Below, piece by piece: positions 9,170-21,700 of a DNA stretch of 42,318 bases. The stretch is from Candidatus Sumerlaeota bacterium. GTDB lineage: Bacteria; Sumerlaeota; Sumerlaeia; MWCT01. The notes under the pieces are model-generated. The model was given only the letters and a program-made list of their open reading frames with translations, searched no databases and was not told the DNA's origin. Every line of letters begins with the position of its first letter. Position 1 is the first letter of the stretch. The stretch is taken from positions 1 through 42,318 of the forward strand of contig JAFGFK010000279.1 of the NCBI GenBank assembly GCA_016931135.1, read 5' to 3'. Both the position numbers and the translations under genes were made by a program.

Positions 9170-12100
9170 ATGAAATCAAAGACCATTTTAATGGTGTTTT
9201 TAATTTCACTGGTCGCCCTTTGCCATATTGACGCCCAAGGAGATATTTTATTCTCAGACACCTTTACCGGCACCGATGGGACCAGGCCGGCTAATTGGAA
9301 GATCGTCAATGCCCCTGAAACGAACTTCTGGTTCCTGCAGGATGGACAATTATGCACGGGAAACGGAGATGATATATTGACGGGAGGGGGCTTCTCTTAC
9401 GCCATTATCAGCGCTCCCGCCGCGCAGTCATGGACGGATTACAGTATCCAAACCTCCTCCTGGATGTATCAGGCGAATGGCAATATGATGATTATTGCCA
9501 GATGGCTGGATGAGAACAACCATTATCGGGGAGTTATGGAAACCTTGAAGGGCGCTCGTTCTCTCAAGATAGAGAAGGTTCTCAAGGGAAATAGAACCGT
9601 TCTTGCCGAAGTCAAGGACGGCGTTGACGGAGTCAATATTCCCCCGATGGAAAATGGAACGTCTCCCGCCGATGCCCGCACGTTTCAATTCATTGTTTCC
9701 GGGTCGAAACTGACCTTCATTATGGGGGGAGCGGTATCGGTTCAAGCGACGGACGCCAGCTTCCCGTCGGGATCGGCAGGCGTCGGCGAATGGTTTCATT
9801 ACGCCTATTTTGATGATGTTGTCGTTCAGAAAGTTCAGGAAGGAGAAATCCCCTCAAAACCGGTTTCCCAGATACCAACGGTGATTCAACCATTGGGCTC
9901 TCTTGGAACGTCCGCTTCCACTCCGGGAACCATTTTCCGGATATTGATAGGTGAGGAATTGCCGGAACAAACGGCAAAGGATCTCCGGGATCAGCTTATC
10001 AGTTGGGGATACACCCCTGTCGAGTTATTTCAGAAAGATACCGGATACGATGTATATCTGGGCGCGTTTCTGTCCGATGCGGAGGCTCAGTCTGCCAAGG
10101 GTTTCCTGGAAGAGGAAGGTTTGAGTCCGCGCCGGATCGTTTCTTTGAGCGGCGACAAGGCGGTGGAAGTCAAAAAACAGGCAACCACAGCCAAAAGAAA
10201 TTTCCGCGTTCTGGCGCGTGAGTTCACGGATATAAGTTTCGCTGAAAAAATGAAAAAAGCCCTGGAAGAAGACGGGTATTTCCCGGTGGAAATTGTCAGT
10301 ATGGGCGCTAATCACAGGGTGTATATTGGCAGTTTCAATAATAGCGATGAGGCGGATAAACTTTCCAGAGCCTTGAAAGCGGATGGATATGACACCGCCA
10401 CTGTTATCGAAACGGAATTGGATACAGACATGTCAACGATTTTTCCGCCTTCCACAATAGCGTCCGCCCCTTCTTCGCCCGAACCGTTCAATCCGGCGAT
10501 GATTGCCGGCAAGTCCTCTGAATGGGAAGCCCTTTCCGAAAAACAAAAAGGGGAAGTTATGGATATCATTACCCTTCAGGAATCCTTGAAGCATGGGGAC
10601 ATGGTCACCAACGAGATATTGGGTATCAAGAAAAAAATTGAAGAACTGACCATGGAGCAGAAAAGAATCGTTGATATCTGGCGCGGCGAGGCGGAAAAAG
10701 AACAATCCAAACAAAGAACAATCGCGGAATTGGTCAAGAAAGCGGAAAACGCAAGAGATCAGAGGCAATGGGATGAAGCGCTCAAGTTCTGCGAAGAAGT
10801 CAAGAAACTGGACCCTAATAACGGTCGCGTCGTCATGATCGAACGATCGATCAAGGTCATAACGGAAGAAGATTATGAAGGCAAGAAGATCATCGAGGAG
10901 CAGGAGCGGGAAAAGATCAAAAGGGCGCGCGATATGGCGGAATCTCTGGAAAAACAGCAGAAATTCGAAGCCTCCCGCGCCCAATGGGGAATGGTTTTGA
11001 GCCTCGCCAAACCTGGTTCCCTCGATTATAACGACGCCAATACCGCGATCGGAAGAATCGACGGACTCCTTGCCGAAGCGGAGACCCAAAGACACAAACG
11101 GGAACAAAGCAGGCTCTATACCCTCTATGGTATCGGAGCTATCATGCTCCTTCTTGTTTTCCTGATCGTCATGATTGTCATTCGAAGCAGAAAACATGAC
11201 CGCGAACTTCTGCGTCAGGTTCAGGAATTGACGCTGAAACCACTCCTTGAGCTTCAGGAGGGCAAGGGACCCGCTGCCATTGAGGATATGACCTCTGACG
11301 TTCAATCCGCTGCTGCGGCTGCAATGCAAACTCCCGCAAGTACGGGAAAGAAAAAACATAAAAAACCGATAGCGGCGCCTGCGCCGGTGGAGGTTCCGGA
11401 ACCGGTCTTTGCGGAAGAGCCCGAAGAGATTCCCGAACCCGAACCCATTCCCGCTCCCGATATATATCCCGTTCCTGAAGTGGAAACGGCTCAAACCGGT
11501 TTCGAGAGCGTGAAATCCGTGGAAAAAGAGGAATTACCCGTTCCCTCCATCGACGACCTCGCTTTTGAGGAATCCCTTGCGTTGTCAGGCGATAAACAGG
11601 AGTCGGTTCCTCTGGAACCTTCTTCGTTGGACGCCTTGGAAGGGGGAGAGTTTGAACCCGCCCCTGTTTTATCGGAACCTGTCAAAGGACCTTCCGTGGA
11701 TGTCGATGACCTCTTTGATGAGACAACCCTGGAAGATGAAACCCTGAAATTGTCGCCTCTTTCTAATCTGGAAGAAAAGACGCCGCTGCCCGGTTTCCAG
11801 GAGATTTCCCTGGAGCCCATCACCCCTTCTTCTTCAAAGGAAAAGAAACAAACCCCGCCCCTTTATTCCCATAAAGAAGACGATATTACCGAGGTTATCC
11901 TTCCTTCCCGGATGGTTCGGGAACCTCTCGATGTCGGGACGCCGAATATCAACTCCCTGGAAACGCCCAGACCTGTTGAAGTCTCGGAATCTGTCCCTTC
12001 CATATCAAAAGCCGACACGACTCCCGAGGCGTTCAAACCCTCCAGCGTCGATTCCAACGTCATTTACGAGCAGGATTTTGATCAGGAGCAAAACGGGTCT

Positions 12101-12631
12101 ATTCCCGCAAATTGGAAGGGTAATTATAATTACGCCTCCCTCGTTGTCAGTGATCAATCCCCGGCTCCGGATTCCAGAAAGTGCATTGTCTTTGAAAAGG
12201 AGAAGGGAGCGGGCAGCGCCTTCTATTGTTGCCATTTTGCCGAAACAAGCGGAGTTGTGGGAATCGAGTTCGATCTTCGATGCGATATGAAAAACAAATA
12301 TCTCCTGGGCTTCTATATCGAAAAGGATGAAGATTATCGCTATTCCATTCACACGGTTATCCAATATATCAACTCCGGGAAACAAAGCGCCAAACCCTCT
12401 CTGCGCGTTCAGGGAAAACCGGTGCCTTACAATTGGGGGGATTGGAGACACATCAAATATATCGTCAATCTGATTGACGCTACGGTGGATGGATACGTGG
12501 ATGGCGAATTGATCGCCAACGGTGAAAAACTGGCAAGTTGTCCTACCAGCTTGAATACGATTTCAATACGGGATAATTTAGCCACTGTCGGAAAGCTAAT
12601 GATTGACAATATCAAAATTTATAAGGCATAA
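9170..12631 (+). CDS. Large single-pass membrane protein: signal peptide, ConA/DUF1080-like domain, two SPOR-like domains, coiled coil/TPR, TM helix, Pro/Glu-rich linker, C-terminal ConA-like domain
   Basis: Signal peptide from ATG 9170 (MKSKTILMVFLISLVALCHIDAQG). SPOR-like YDVYLGAFLSDAEAQ and HRVYIGSFNNSDEAD. TM LYTLYGIGAIMLLLVFLIVMIVI followed by RSRK. Acidic low-complexity tract. Terminal KLMIDNIKIYK strand. Confidence 0.8.
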   Translation: MKSKTILMVFLISLVALCHIDAQGDILFSDTFTGTDGTRPANWKIVNAPETNFWFLQDGQLCTGNGDDILTGGGFSYAIISAPAAQSWTDYSIQTSSWMYQANGNMMIIARWLDENNHYRGVMETLKGARSLKIEKVLKGNRTVLAEVKDGVDGVNIPPMENGTSPADARTFQFIVSGSKLTFIMGGAVSVQATDASFPSGSAGVGEWFHYAYFDDVVVQKVQEGEIPSKPVSQIPTVIQPLGSLGTSASTPGTIFRILIGEELPEQTAKDLRDQLISWGYTPVELFQKDTGYDVYLGAFLSDAEAQSAKGFLEEEGLSPRRIVSLSGDKAVEVKKQATTAKRNFRVLAREFTDISFAEKMKKALEEDGYFPVEIVSMGANHRVYIGSFNNSDEADKLSRALKADGYDTATVIETELDTDMSTIFPPSTIASAPSSPEPFNPAMIAGKSSEWEALSEKQKGEVMDIITLQESLKHGDMVTNEILGIKKKIEELTMEQKRIVDIWRGEAEKEQSKQRTIAELVKKAENARDQRQWDEALKFCEEVKKLDPNNGRVVMIERSIKVITEEDYEGKKIIEEQEREKIKRARDMAESLEKQQKFEASRAQWGMVLSLAKPGSLDYNDANTAIGRIDGLLAEAETQRHKREQSRLYTLYGIGAIMLLLVFLIVMIVIRSRKHDRELLRQVQELTLKPLLELQEGKGPAAIEDMTSDVQSAAAAAMQTPASTGKKKHKKPIAAPAPVEVPEPVFAEEPEEIPEPEPIPAPDIYPVPEVETAQTGFESVKSVEKEELPVPSIDDLAFEESLALSGDKQESVPLEPSSLDALEGGEFEPAPVLSEPVKGPSVDVDDLFDETTLEDETLKLSPLSNLEEKTPLPGFQEISLEPITPSSSKEKKQTPPLYSHKEDDITEVILPSRMVREPLDVGTPNINSLETPRPVEVSESVPSISKADTTPEAFKPSSVDSNVIYEQDFDQEQNGSIPANWKGNYNYASLVVSDQSPAPDSRKCIVFEKEKGAGSAFYCCHFAETSGVVGIEFDLRCDMKNKYLLGFYIEKDEDYRYSIHTVIQYINSGKQSAKPSLRVQGKPVPYNWGDWRHIKYIVNLIDATVDGYVDGELIANGEKLASCPTSLNTISIRDNLATVGKLMIDNIKIYKA

Positions 12632-12709
12632 GCATGCGTCATTCTCGCTGATTTGGCTGAGCGTCATGTAATTATGTCTTTTTTTGTAACATTTTATGAG
12701 TGGTAGGGT

Positions 12710-15700
12710 ATGGGGAAGCTATCACAAAGCGGCATTATCGAGCAGATTAATGATAAGATCGACGCCAAAGTATTGTTCGATAAAATCAACTATGCCCCTG
12801 ATAAGGTTCAGATTATCGGGACGACATTGAAATGTTTCTGTCCCCTGCATAAGGAAAAGGCGTTTCGATCTCTCATCGTCGATCTTAAAAAGAACTCCTT
12901 TCGTTGCAGTCTCAAAGGGTGCCCCGGATTTGAGGGGGGAACCCTCGTTCATTTCTACTCCCTTCATACGGGACAACCTGAAATCAAATCCGCATTCAGC
13001 CTGGCGAAACTCCTGAACCTGGAGATAGACCCGGATATGATTCAGGGACTGTCTCAAAGTTTCAAGGAAGAAGCCCAACAAGCCTTTCTGGAAAGGGATA
13101 TCGAAAAAGCCCAGAATTTCGCCTCTCAAGCCCTGGATGTCGATCCCGGCAATCTTGGCGCCAGATTCCTGATGGCTCAAGCCTTGGAGGAACTCGGAAA
13201 TAATGTCGGAGCCATCAAGGAATTCCAAGCCACTGCGGATGGTTACTCGGACCTGGGTGAATTCAACAGAGCCATCGAAATTTATGAAATGTATATCCTT
13301 AAAAGAGAACCTCGGAATGAGGAAATACTTCAGAAAGTGGCGATCCTGTACGAAAACCTCGGAGATAAGGATCGCGCCATCGAATTCTATCTGATCATTG
13401 CCTCCGAGAACGATAAAAAGAGCCAGAATGACAAGAATATTCCCCTTTTTCATAAAATCCTGGAGATGAACCCCTCAAGGAATGAAGTTCGACTCCAACT
13501 GGCGCAACTCTATGAATCCATCGAAAATCTCCCGATGGCCGTTGACCAGTATCTGGACGTCGCATCCTGGCGCCGCAATCAGGGAGATCTTCCCTCCGCT
13601 CTGTCCATCCTCGAACATATCAAACAAACTGTTCCGGAAAATTTCAACTGCCGGGAACAAATTGCCGAAATCTATTACGAACAGGGCAATTATGAAAAGG
13701 TCGAACAGGAATATCTGCAACTGGGAGAAATCGCCATTGAACAGGATGAATTGCATACCGCAGAAAGATTTTACAAGATACTTCTCGAGAAATTTCCTCA
13801 ATCCCTTGAAGGGCGCCAGGGACTGATCAATCTGTTCGAGAAAATGGAAAACCGCACCGCTTTCAGCCGCGAAAGCATAGGGCTTGCCGATATTCTCGAA
13901 TCAATGGGCGATCTTGAACGCGCTACGACGGTTCTGGCGCGGGCAAAACGTCAAAGTCCCAGCGATGTTTATATCAGGGAAAAGCTCATCCAGTTGCTTA
14001 TCAAGGCGAATCTTCGCGATGAAACGGTGGAAGAGTATTTTGAACTCGCAGACCTTTATAATGAGGTGGGGGAGGATCAGACGGTCGCCTCATGCCTCGA
14101 TAAAATCAAAAGCCTTCATCCGAAAAACCTGAAAACGCTCATCAGGGCGGCGTCTCAGTTTTATAAATACGATGATAAACAAAAGGGGCTGGCGGAATTT
14201 TTACAGTTAGCCGATGATCTCCAGGATGATGAATCCTTTGATTCCAGTATCAGCGTTTGTGAAGAAGCCCTCAAATGGGAACCCGATAATATTTCCATTC
14301 TGGAGCGGTTGCTGTCGGCGCAGACACAGGTCGGCTTGAAGGATCAGGCTCTGGAAACGTATCAGAAACTTTATCAGATTTATCGTAATGCCGATAATAT
14401 CGGAAAAGCGGAAGAAGCGCTTCGGGACGCCCTCACGCTCGATGAAAAAAATGTCCGCATTCATTCCCAGCTGACGGATATATATCTTTATCAGAACAAC
14501 ACGGCAAACGCCCTTTCCACACTGACTTCCTTAAGTCAGATCTATTATGAAAATGAGGATATCGATGGGGGAATCGAAACCGCCAGAAAAATCCTGGAAC
14601 TCAATCCTGATTCCGTCGCTATCAGGGAACGCCTGGCTTATCTCTACAGGGAAAACAAGATTTTTGACCAATCCATCGAGGAATACAATCTCGCAGCGGA
14701 ATATTATATCAGCCAGAATCAGCATACCGCTGCCATTAACGATCTCAAAGCGGTCCTCGAGATCGATGAAAACAATTATGAATCTGTGCTGAAAATCTCG
14801 AACCTCCTTCTGGAATACGAGTCGTTCGAGGAGGCGCTCCCTTATCTGATGAAAGGATTGGAACTTCTCAAAAGCGGGTGGGGAAGCCCCGAGGACGTGG
14901 TCAAGGAATACCACAGAATCCTCGCTTTGAAAGAAAATCAACTTCAACTCCGCGAGGAATTCATCGCCTATCTGAAATCCATTGATTATAAGGATGAAGC
15001 CTTCAAGGAAATTCGATCCCTGGTGGATTTGTATAAAGAACAGAAGAATTTCCCCAAATCGGCAGGCCTTTTGGAAGAACTAATTCCTCTCAAACCTGAA
15101 GATAACTCCCTGAAGTCTGAATTGGCTGATATGTATATGTCTATGGATATCCATCAGGAAGCCCTGAATTATTACGCCCAGGCAGCCGCCGGGTACAGAG
15201 AACAGGGCGAGGAATCCAAAACCATTGAAATCTATCGCAAGATTCTCCAAATCGATCCCCAGGAAGAATCCATCCGGGAAGAACTCGCCCAGATTCTTGC
15301 CTCCCAGGCTTCTCAATCCGAGAAATCATCCAAACGCTCCAAAGGCGCAAACCTGAAAACCGAAGCCATTGAACATTTCCTCTTCCTGATCAACAAAAGA
15401 AGACAGGAAGAGCGGGAACATGAAAATACCCGATTTTATATGAAAATACTCGATTTGGACCCTGAAATGAAAGATATTCGGGAAAAACTCGCCGCAGCTT
15501 ATGAAATGGCTCAGGATCCCGAATCCGCTCTGGAACAGTTGATGATCCTGGCGGAATCTTATAAAAAGGAGGGCGATTTTAATACCGCCATTGAACGGTG
15601 CAAGCGCGCCAAAACCATCCTCCCGGGGAATGAAATGCCCAGGGGGCTCCTCTTGAATCTTTATGAAGCCTCGGGCGATACGGCGTCCCTGAAAAATGAA

Positions 15701-18700
15701 CATATCGCGCTCGGTGAAATATGGCTGAACAGGTTGATGCCGGACAAGGCGGAAAAACATTTCCTCGAAGCTCAAAAACTCGATCCTACCGATATTGGCG
15801 TAGGGGAGAAACTTGCCGAGATTCATGAAGCCAGGGAAGATTATGAGGCGGCTTGCTCACAATATCGAAAAGTCAGCTCTTTGTATGAAGAGAAAGGCGA
15901 ACTGACGAGCGCAATCGCCGCGCTTCGGAAAATCAAACTTCTCGATCCTTATAACTTCGAGTCCCGGGAAAAAATCGCGGATTTGCTTGCCAAAGTCCGG
16001 GAAATTCCCGAGTCGCTTGAGGAATATTATGAACTCGCCGTGCTTTCTTTTGAAATCCAGAAGCCTGATAAAGCCCGGCTTTTCATAGAAAAGATTTCCG
16101 AAATCGCTCCCGATCATTTTGAATTCCGTCTCAAAGTGATCCAGCTCCTTCATAATTACAACAAAGCGGATGAAGCCATCGAGGAACTTCTCAATCTGTG
16201 CGCCATCCTCCTCCAGGGAGGGCGCCTGGACAATCTTCTCAAAGCCGTTGATTTCGGATTGAAACTCGATGAAACGCTTCTGAATCTCAGGGAATTCAGG
16301 ATCAAAGCCCTCCTGGGCTCTAATAATATCAAGGACGCGCTCGATGAGTACCACATTGCTGCGCGCTTCGCCTTCCATCAGGAGAAATACGAAAACGCGG
16401 AAACATATTTGAACGCCATACTGGAAAGAAAACCCAAGGACCTGGAAGCCCTTCAGCAAAGCGTCGAGTGCGCCTTGAAACTCGATAAAATCGAATCTGC
16501 GGTTGATTTCCTGATGAAACTGATCCCCCTCTTCGAGAAAAACGAGGATTTTGAAAAAGCAATCGACGCCTCCAAACGTATCCTGGAGCTTACGCCGGAT
16601 AATGTGGAAGTCATGAAACAACTGGCGAAATTCTACCTCAACGCCTCTCGGGAATCCGAAGCGGTGCGCGCCTTTGGCGCCATCGCTGATTTCTACGTCT
16701 CTCATGGAAATTATACCGAAGCCTGCACGTATCTTTCCCGCATCCTCGAATACGATACGGATTCCATTCCCACGATCCGAAAACTGGCTTTCCTGATTTA
16801 TGAAAACGAGAATCTCTTCAAGGCGCGTCCTCATTTCAGGAAGTTCCTCGAACTCTGTAAGTCCCAATTGCCCCCGGAGGAAACGATAAAAGAATATCAC
16901 AATGTCCTCAAAGTCGATCCAGCCAATCCCCAACTGATCCTCGAATTCGCGCGATTCCTCCAGAGCATCGAGGAATTGGAGAAAGCCCGGGAACAGTATT
17001 TGAAGGCGTCATCGCTTCTCACGGAAGACGCCAGAACCCGTGGGAAAGCCATTCAAATCCTGAATGAATTGATGGAAGTCTTCCCCAATGACACGGACAT
17101 CCTTTCTCAACTGGCTGATCTCTGCGTAAAGGAAAACAAGCCGGAACAAGCCTTTATCCATTTCAACAGGATTGCCGGTATTTTTCTCGAGAGAAAAGAC
17201 TTGAAGGAATCCATCAATTTTTATCTCAAGGCCTTGCGAATCAAACCGGATGACGCTGACTTGATATTGAAAATCGGGGAACTGTATGAAGAGATGGGGG
17301 ACGCTACAAAGGCGGTTCAACAATACCTCAATCTTTCTGATCTGAATGTCAAACTGAACAAGACAAGCCAGAATATTGAGATTTATCAGAGAATCCTTTC
17401 TCTTGATGAATCCATGAAACCGGTTCGTCATAAACTTGCCCGGCTTTATGAAAAGGAAAAACGAATCGACAAAGCCACGATTCATTATCTGTATCTTGGA
17501 AGGCAGTATGAAGAGGAGAAAGAGCGGAATCAAGCCCTCGCCGTTTATCAGCATATCAAATCCATCAATCCTGAAGAGGAGGAAAATCGCAAATTCATGG
17601 TGGAGATTTATCTCGCCACCAAGAGAAAGGAACAGGCGAAGCTTGAGTTGGAGGAACTGGCTGATCTGTACATGAAAAACCAGCAACTGGCCGAAGCCCA
17701 GGTTCACCTCCTGAAAGTGAAGGATATTGCCCCCCAGGACATTGGAGTAGCGGAAAAACTCGCGCTATTGTTCGATCAACAGGGCGAGAAGGAGCTATCC
17801 GCAAACGAATATGCGCGGGCATCCGCCCTTTATTTGAAAAGCGACGATTTTGAAAAAGCCGTTCACGTTCTTTTAAAAGCCAAGGAATTGATTCCCGAAA
17901 ATACCGAATATCGCGAAGAACTCCTGAAATGCTATGAAAAATCCCGGAAGAACAGCGAATTCCTGAGCGAAGGCATGGCATTGGCGGGCCTTTATTTCTC
18001 GTTCCAGAAAAATAAAGAGGCAACCAGGATATGCAAAATCATTTCCGCCTTTCAACCTTCCAACGTGGAATTGCGACTTCAAGTCGCCAATCTGTACGAG
18101 GCGAACGGTTTGCGGGAGCAGGCGCTCGAGGAATATCTCAATCTGTGCCGGTTTCTTCTGGAATCCAAGAATTTTGCCAAAGCCGGGGAAGCGTGCGAAA
18201 CCGGACTTGCCCTTTCTCCGGATCATGTCCCTCTTCTCGAAGCTGAAATCGATGTTTTCCTGGGACTCGAGAATCTTCCCAAAGCCGTTGAATTGTTCCT
18301 GAAACTCGCCGGAATACATCATGCCAGCGAAAATCCAACCGCAGAGGAACAGTCCTATCGCAAAGCCCTTGAAATCCTTCCGGAACATATCCCGGCTCAT
18401 GATGGATTGATAAACCTCCTCACCGTGGCCGGAAGAATACAGGAAGCCGTCGATCAACTCCTTGTTCTGAGCGGCATTCATGAAAAACAAAATAACATTG
18501 AGGCAGCCATACAGAAACGCCAGGAAATTCTTATTCTGCAACCGGAAAATATCAATGTTCGGGATGGACTTGCCACACTGTACAAATCCCAGGGAAACAA
18601 CAACGCCGCTATCCAGGAATATTTCACCCTTGCCCAGATGTGCGAGGATGATGAGAATTTCAAGGGGGCTCGAAATTATTACGAGGCGATTCTGCAGATC

Positions 18701-21700
18701 GACAACAGAAAAGTGGACGCTATCAGGGCTATTATAAACCTTGCCCAGAAAAAGAAGGACGTCGAAGTCTTCATCCAGTATTCCCAGCGCCTCGCCGATT
18801 ATTTTGAAAGCGTTCAAGCCTTCGCCGACGCGATTCCTCTCTATCAGGGGATCATTGATTGGGACAAGAACTATCTGGCTGCGTATCAGAAGTTGGGATT
18901 CTGCCTGGAGGCCGTCGGGAAGATCGAGGAAGCCGTCCATATCTATAAAGAGCTTGGGGAACAGTATCAGAAACAGGACGCCCTGAACGCAGCCGTTCAA
19001 TATTTTCAACTTGTGGAAAAACATCGTCCCAATGATTGGAACAATTTGAAGAATATGGCGGATCTCTATGTCAAACTCAAGAATACCGATCAAGCCACTG
19101 TTTATTATACGCAAACCATAGATATTCTCAGGTCTTTGGACAATCTGGATGAGGCGTTGAAACTAGCCCAAACTCTTGTTAAAATAAAACCCAACCACGT
19201 TCCCTCTTATCAGATATTCGCGGAAATCCTGGAAACGAAGGGCGAAGACCCCAAGGCGAGTGAGGCGTACGCGTATATAGCCTCCCTTCTGGATAAGGAG
19301 AAAAAGATTCAGGAAGCCATGAACGCGAGGGCTTCCGCCCTTCGCCTCTCTCCCGATCTGGTGGAAGAAAGGGAAAAATATGCAGCTAATCTCGTCCAAC
19401 TGGGACAAAACGATGAGGCGATCTTTCAATATCTCCAGATTACCGATGAATATGTCAAACGTCAGAATCATGACAATGCCATAGCCTCTGCGCGAACAGT
19501 TTTCAAACTCGATGACGCCAATCCGGACGCTCACCTCAAACTGAAAAATATCTTTATGACCATCGGCAATACCCGGGACGCCCTCCAGGAAATGGGATGG
19601 ATCGCCAGGGATTATATACAAAAAGGACTTCTCCAGGATTCCGAGACGATTCTATTGGAAGCAGTCCAACTGAATCCAAACGACCTTTCCTTCAGGGAAG
19701 ACCTTGCTTTGGTTTATCAGAAAACCGACCAGCCCGCAAAAGCTACGGAACAACTCCTCAAGATTACCCAGCAGTCCCTTGTCGATGGAGATTTGAACAA
19801 GGCTATTTCCAGCCTGGAGAAAGCCAAGTCTCTGGCAAAAGATAATATCGAAATCCGAAAGAACCTGGCGGAACTTTATTATCGGAATAATCTTCCGGAA
19901 AAAGCCCGGGAGGAACTCTTCAGCGTCGCAAATATTTATCTGGAACAAGGCTTGATCGAAGAAGCCAATAAAATCTGCGATATGATGATCCAGGAGTCTC
20001 CCAAGGATTGCTCCCTCAGGGAACTGATTGGAGACCTTTTCAAGGAACAGGAAATCCCGGAGCTTGCCGTCAAACAATACCTGGAAATCTCTTTCCTGAA
20101 AAAGACGGAATCCGCCTATGAAGATGTCATCAAATATGCCGACATGTCCCTGGAATTGAATCCTAAATGTCTTGAAGCGCACGAAAACCGTATCGAGGCG
20201 CTTCTTAAAATCGACAGACGCTCCGAGGCGTACGATGCACTCCTGACCGTTTCCGAATTTTATTCGGACCTGGGGCTGTTTGAAAAGGCGAGAGACGCCT
20301 ACAGGATGATGGCGGAACTGGCCCCGGACGATCCGGTTCCCATCCAGAAACTCGCCCTGGTCTATTCCCTGATGAATAAAAAGGACGATCAGATTAACGC
20401 GCTTCGGGAGTTGGGCGATATCTTCCTGAGACTCGATCGGACAGAGGACGCCGTGAAAACCTTCCGCTCCATTATCGATCTCAGACCCGATGACACGAGA
20501 GCCAGGGTTCAATATATCGATCTGTATTCCCGTATCGGACCGGAACAGGAATTGGTCGATGATTATATCAAGCTGATCGATATTTTCATAAAACACAAAG
20601 CGACCGCTGAAGCCACGCGTATCTTCGAGAAACTGATTCGCATCACGCCCGAAGACGCCGAAATCCGGGAGAAGTTCATCCGCTTCCTCGTTCAGAATAA
20701 TGATAGAGCCAAAGCCTTCGGGGAAATGTCGTCCCTTTCCTCCATGTATATGGAAAGCGGGGAACTCAAAAAGGCCTCGAGACTTCTGGGGGAGGCGGTG
20801 AAAATCGCCCCTGAGGATCCTTCCGTTCATCTGCAACTCGCGGAAACCTATGTCATGATGAATGCCAAAGGAATGGCGGTGCAGGAGTTCAAGAAATCCG
20901 CCACTCTGTTCGAAAAAATCGACAATCCCGCGAAGTCCCTTGAAATATGTGAAAGAATCATCATGATCGATCCTTATAACCTCGAAGTCAGACAGACCTA
21001 TATCGAACGACTGAAGAAAACAGACCGTATAGAGGATATCGTGGTTCACTCCCAAAAACTGGCTGACTTGTATATCGAAAGAGGACTTCTGGACCTTGCC
21101 GAGAACGTCTATCGGGACATCCTTAAAATCCAACCGGATAATATTGAAATCTGGAATTTTCTGATTCAAACCCATCTCCAGATCGGGCTCGAAGAAGACC
21201 TTGTCGATGATTATCTTTCCCTGGGAGACCTGTATCTCTCCAAGGGCGCGTTAAAGGAGGCTCTGGTTCAGTATAAAAAGGTGATCGAAGCCGATCCCTT
21301 GAATGTCGAGGTTCGACGGAAATATATTGATACCTATCTGCAGATCGGACTGGAACATGACCTGATAGACGATTATCTGGAATTGGCGGACGCCCTCATG
21401 AATCGCCAGCAGATCGAAGACGCCATCCGACTTTATTCCCATGTCATGTCTTTAGATCCCGATAATAAACAGGCGCGGATGAAATTATCCGAAACCAGGG
21501 GGCAAACCGACAAGCCCGATAAAAAGGGCAAAAGAAAAAAGGCTGACAAGGAAGAAAGGGAACAGATATCCCTGGCGACTGACCTTCCTAAAAAACCGGT
21601 CGAACGCCCATCCCTTCCGGAAGTTTCTTATCAGTCAGCCATTGATAATTATAAAAATATTCTCTCCATGAATCCGGCAAATGCCAATATCCGCTGTAAA

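Noticed and set aside
12710-13040. Calling the giant gene dnaG or a phage/plasmid primase
   Set aside because: Only the Zn-binding domain is present. There is no TOPRIM domain and no mobile-element context.
12722-21175. Long antisense ORFs within the giant TPR gene (for example 507, 413 and 358 aa)
   Set aside because: These are shadow frames produced by codon bias of the sense gene. They are F/L/I-rich and show no motifs.
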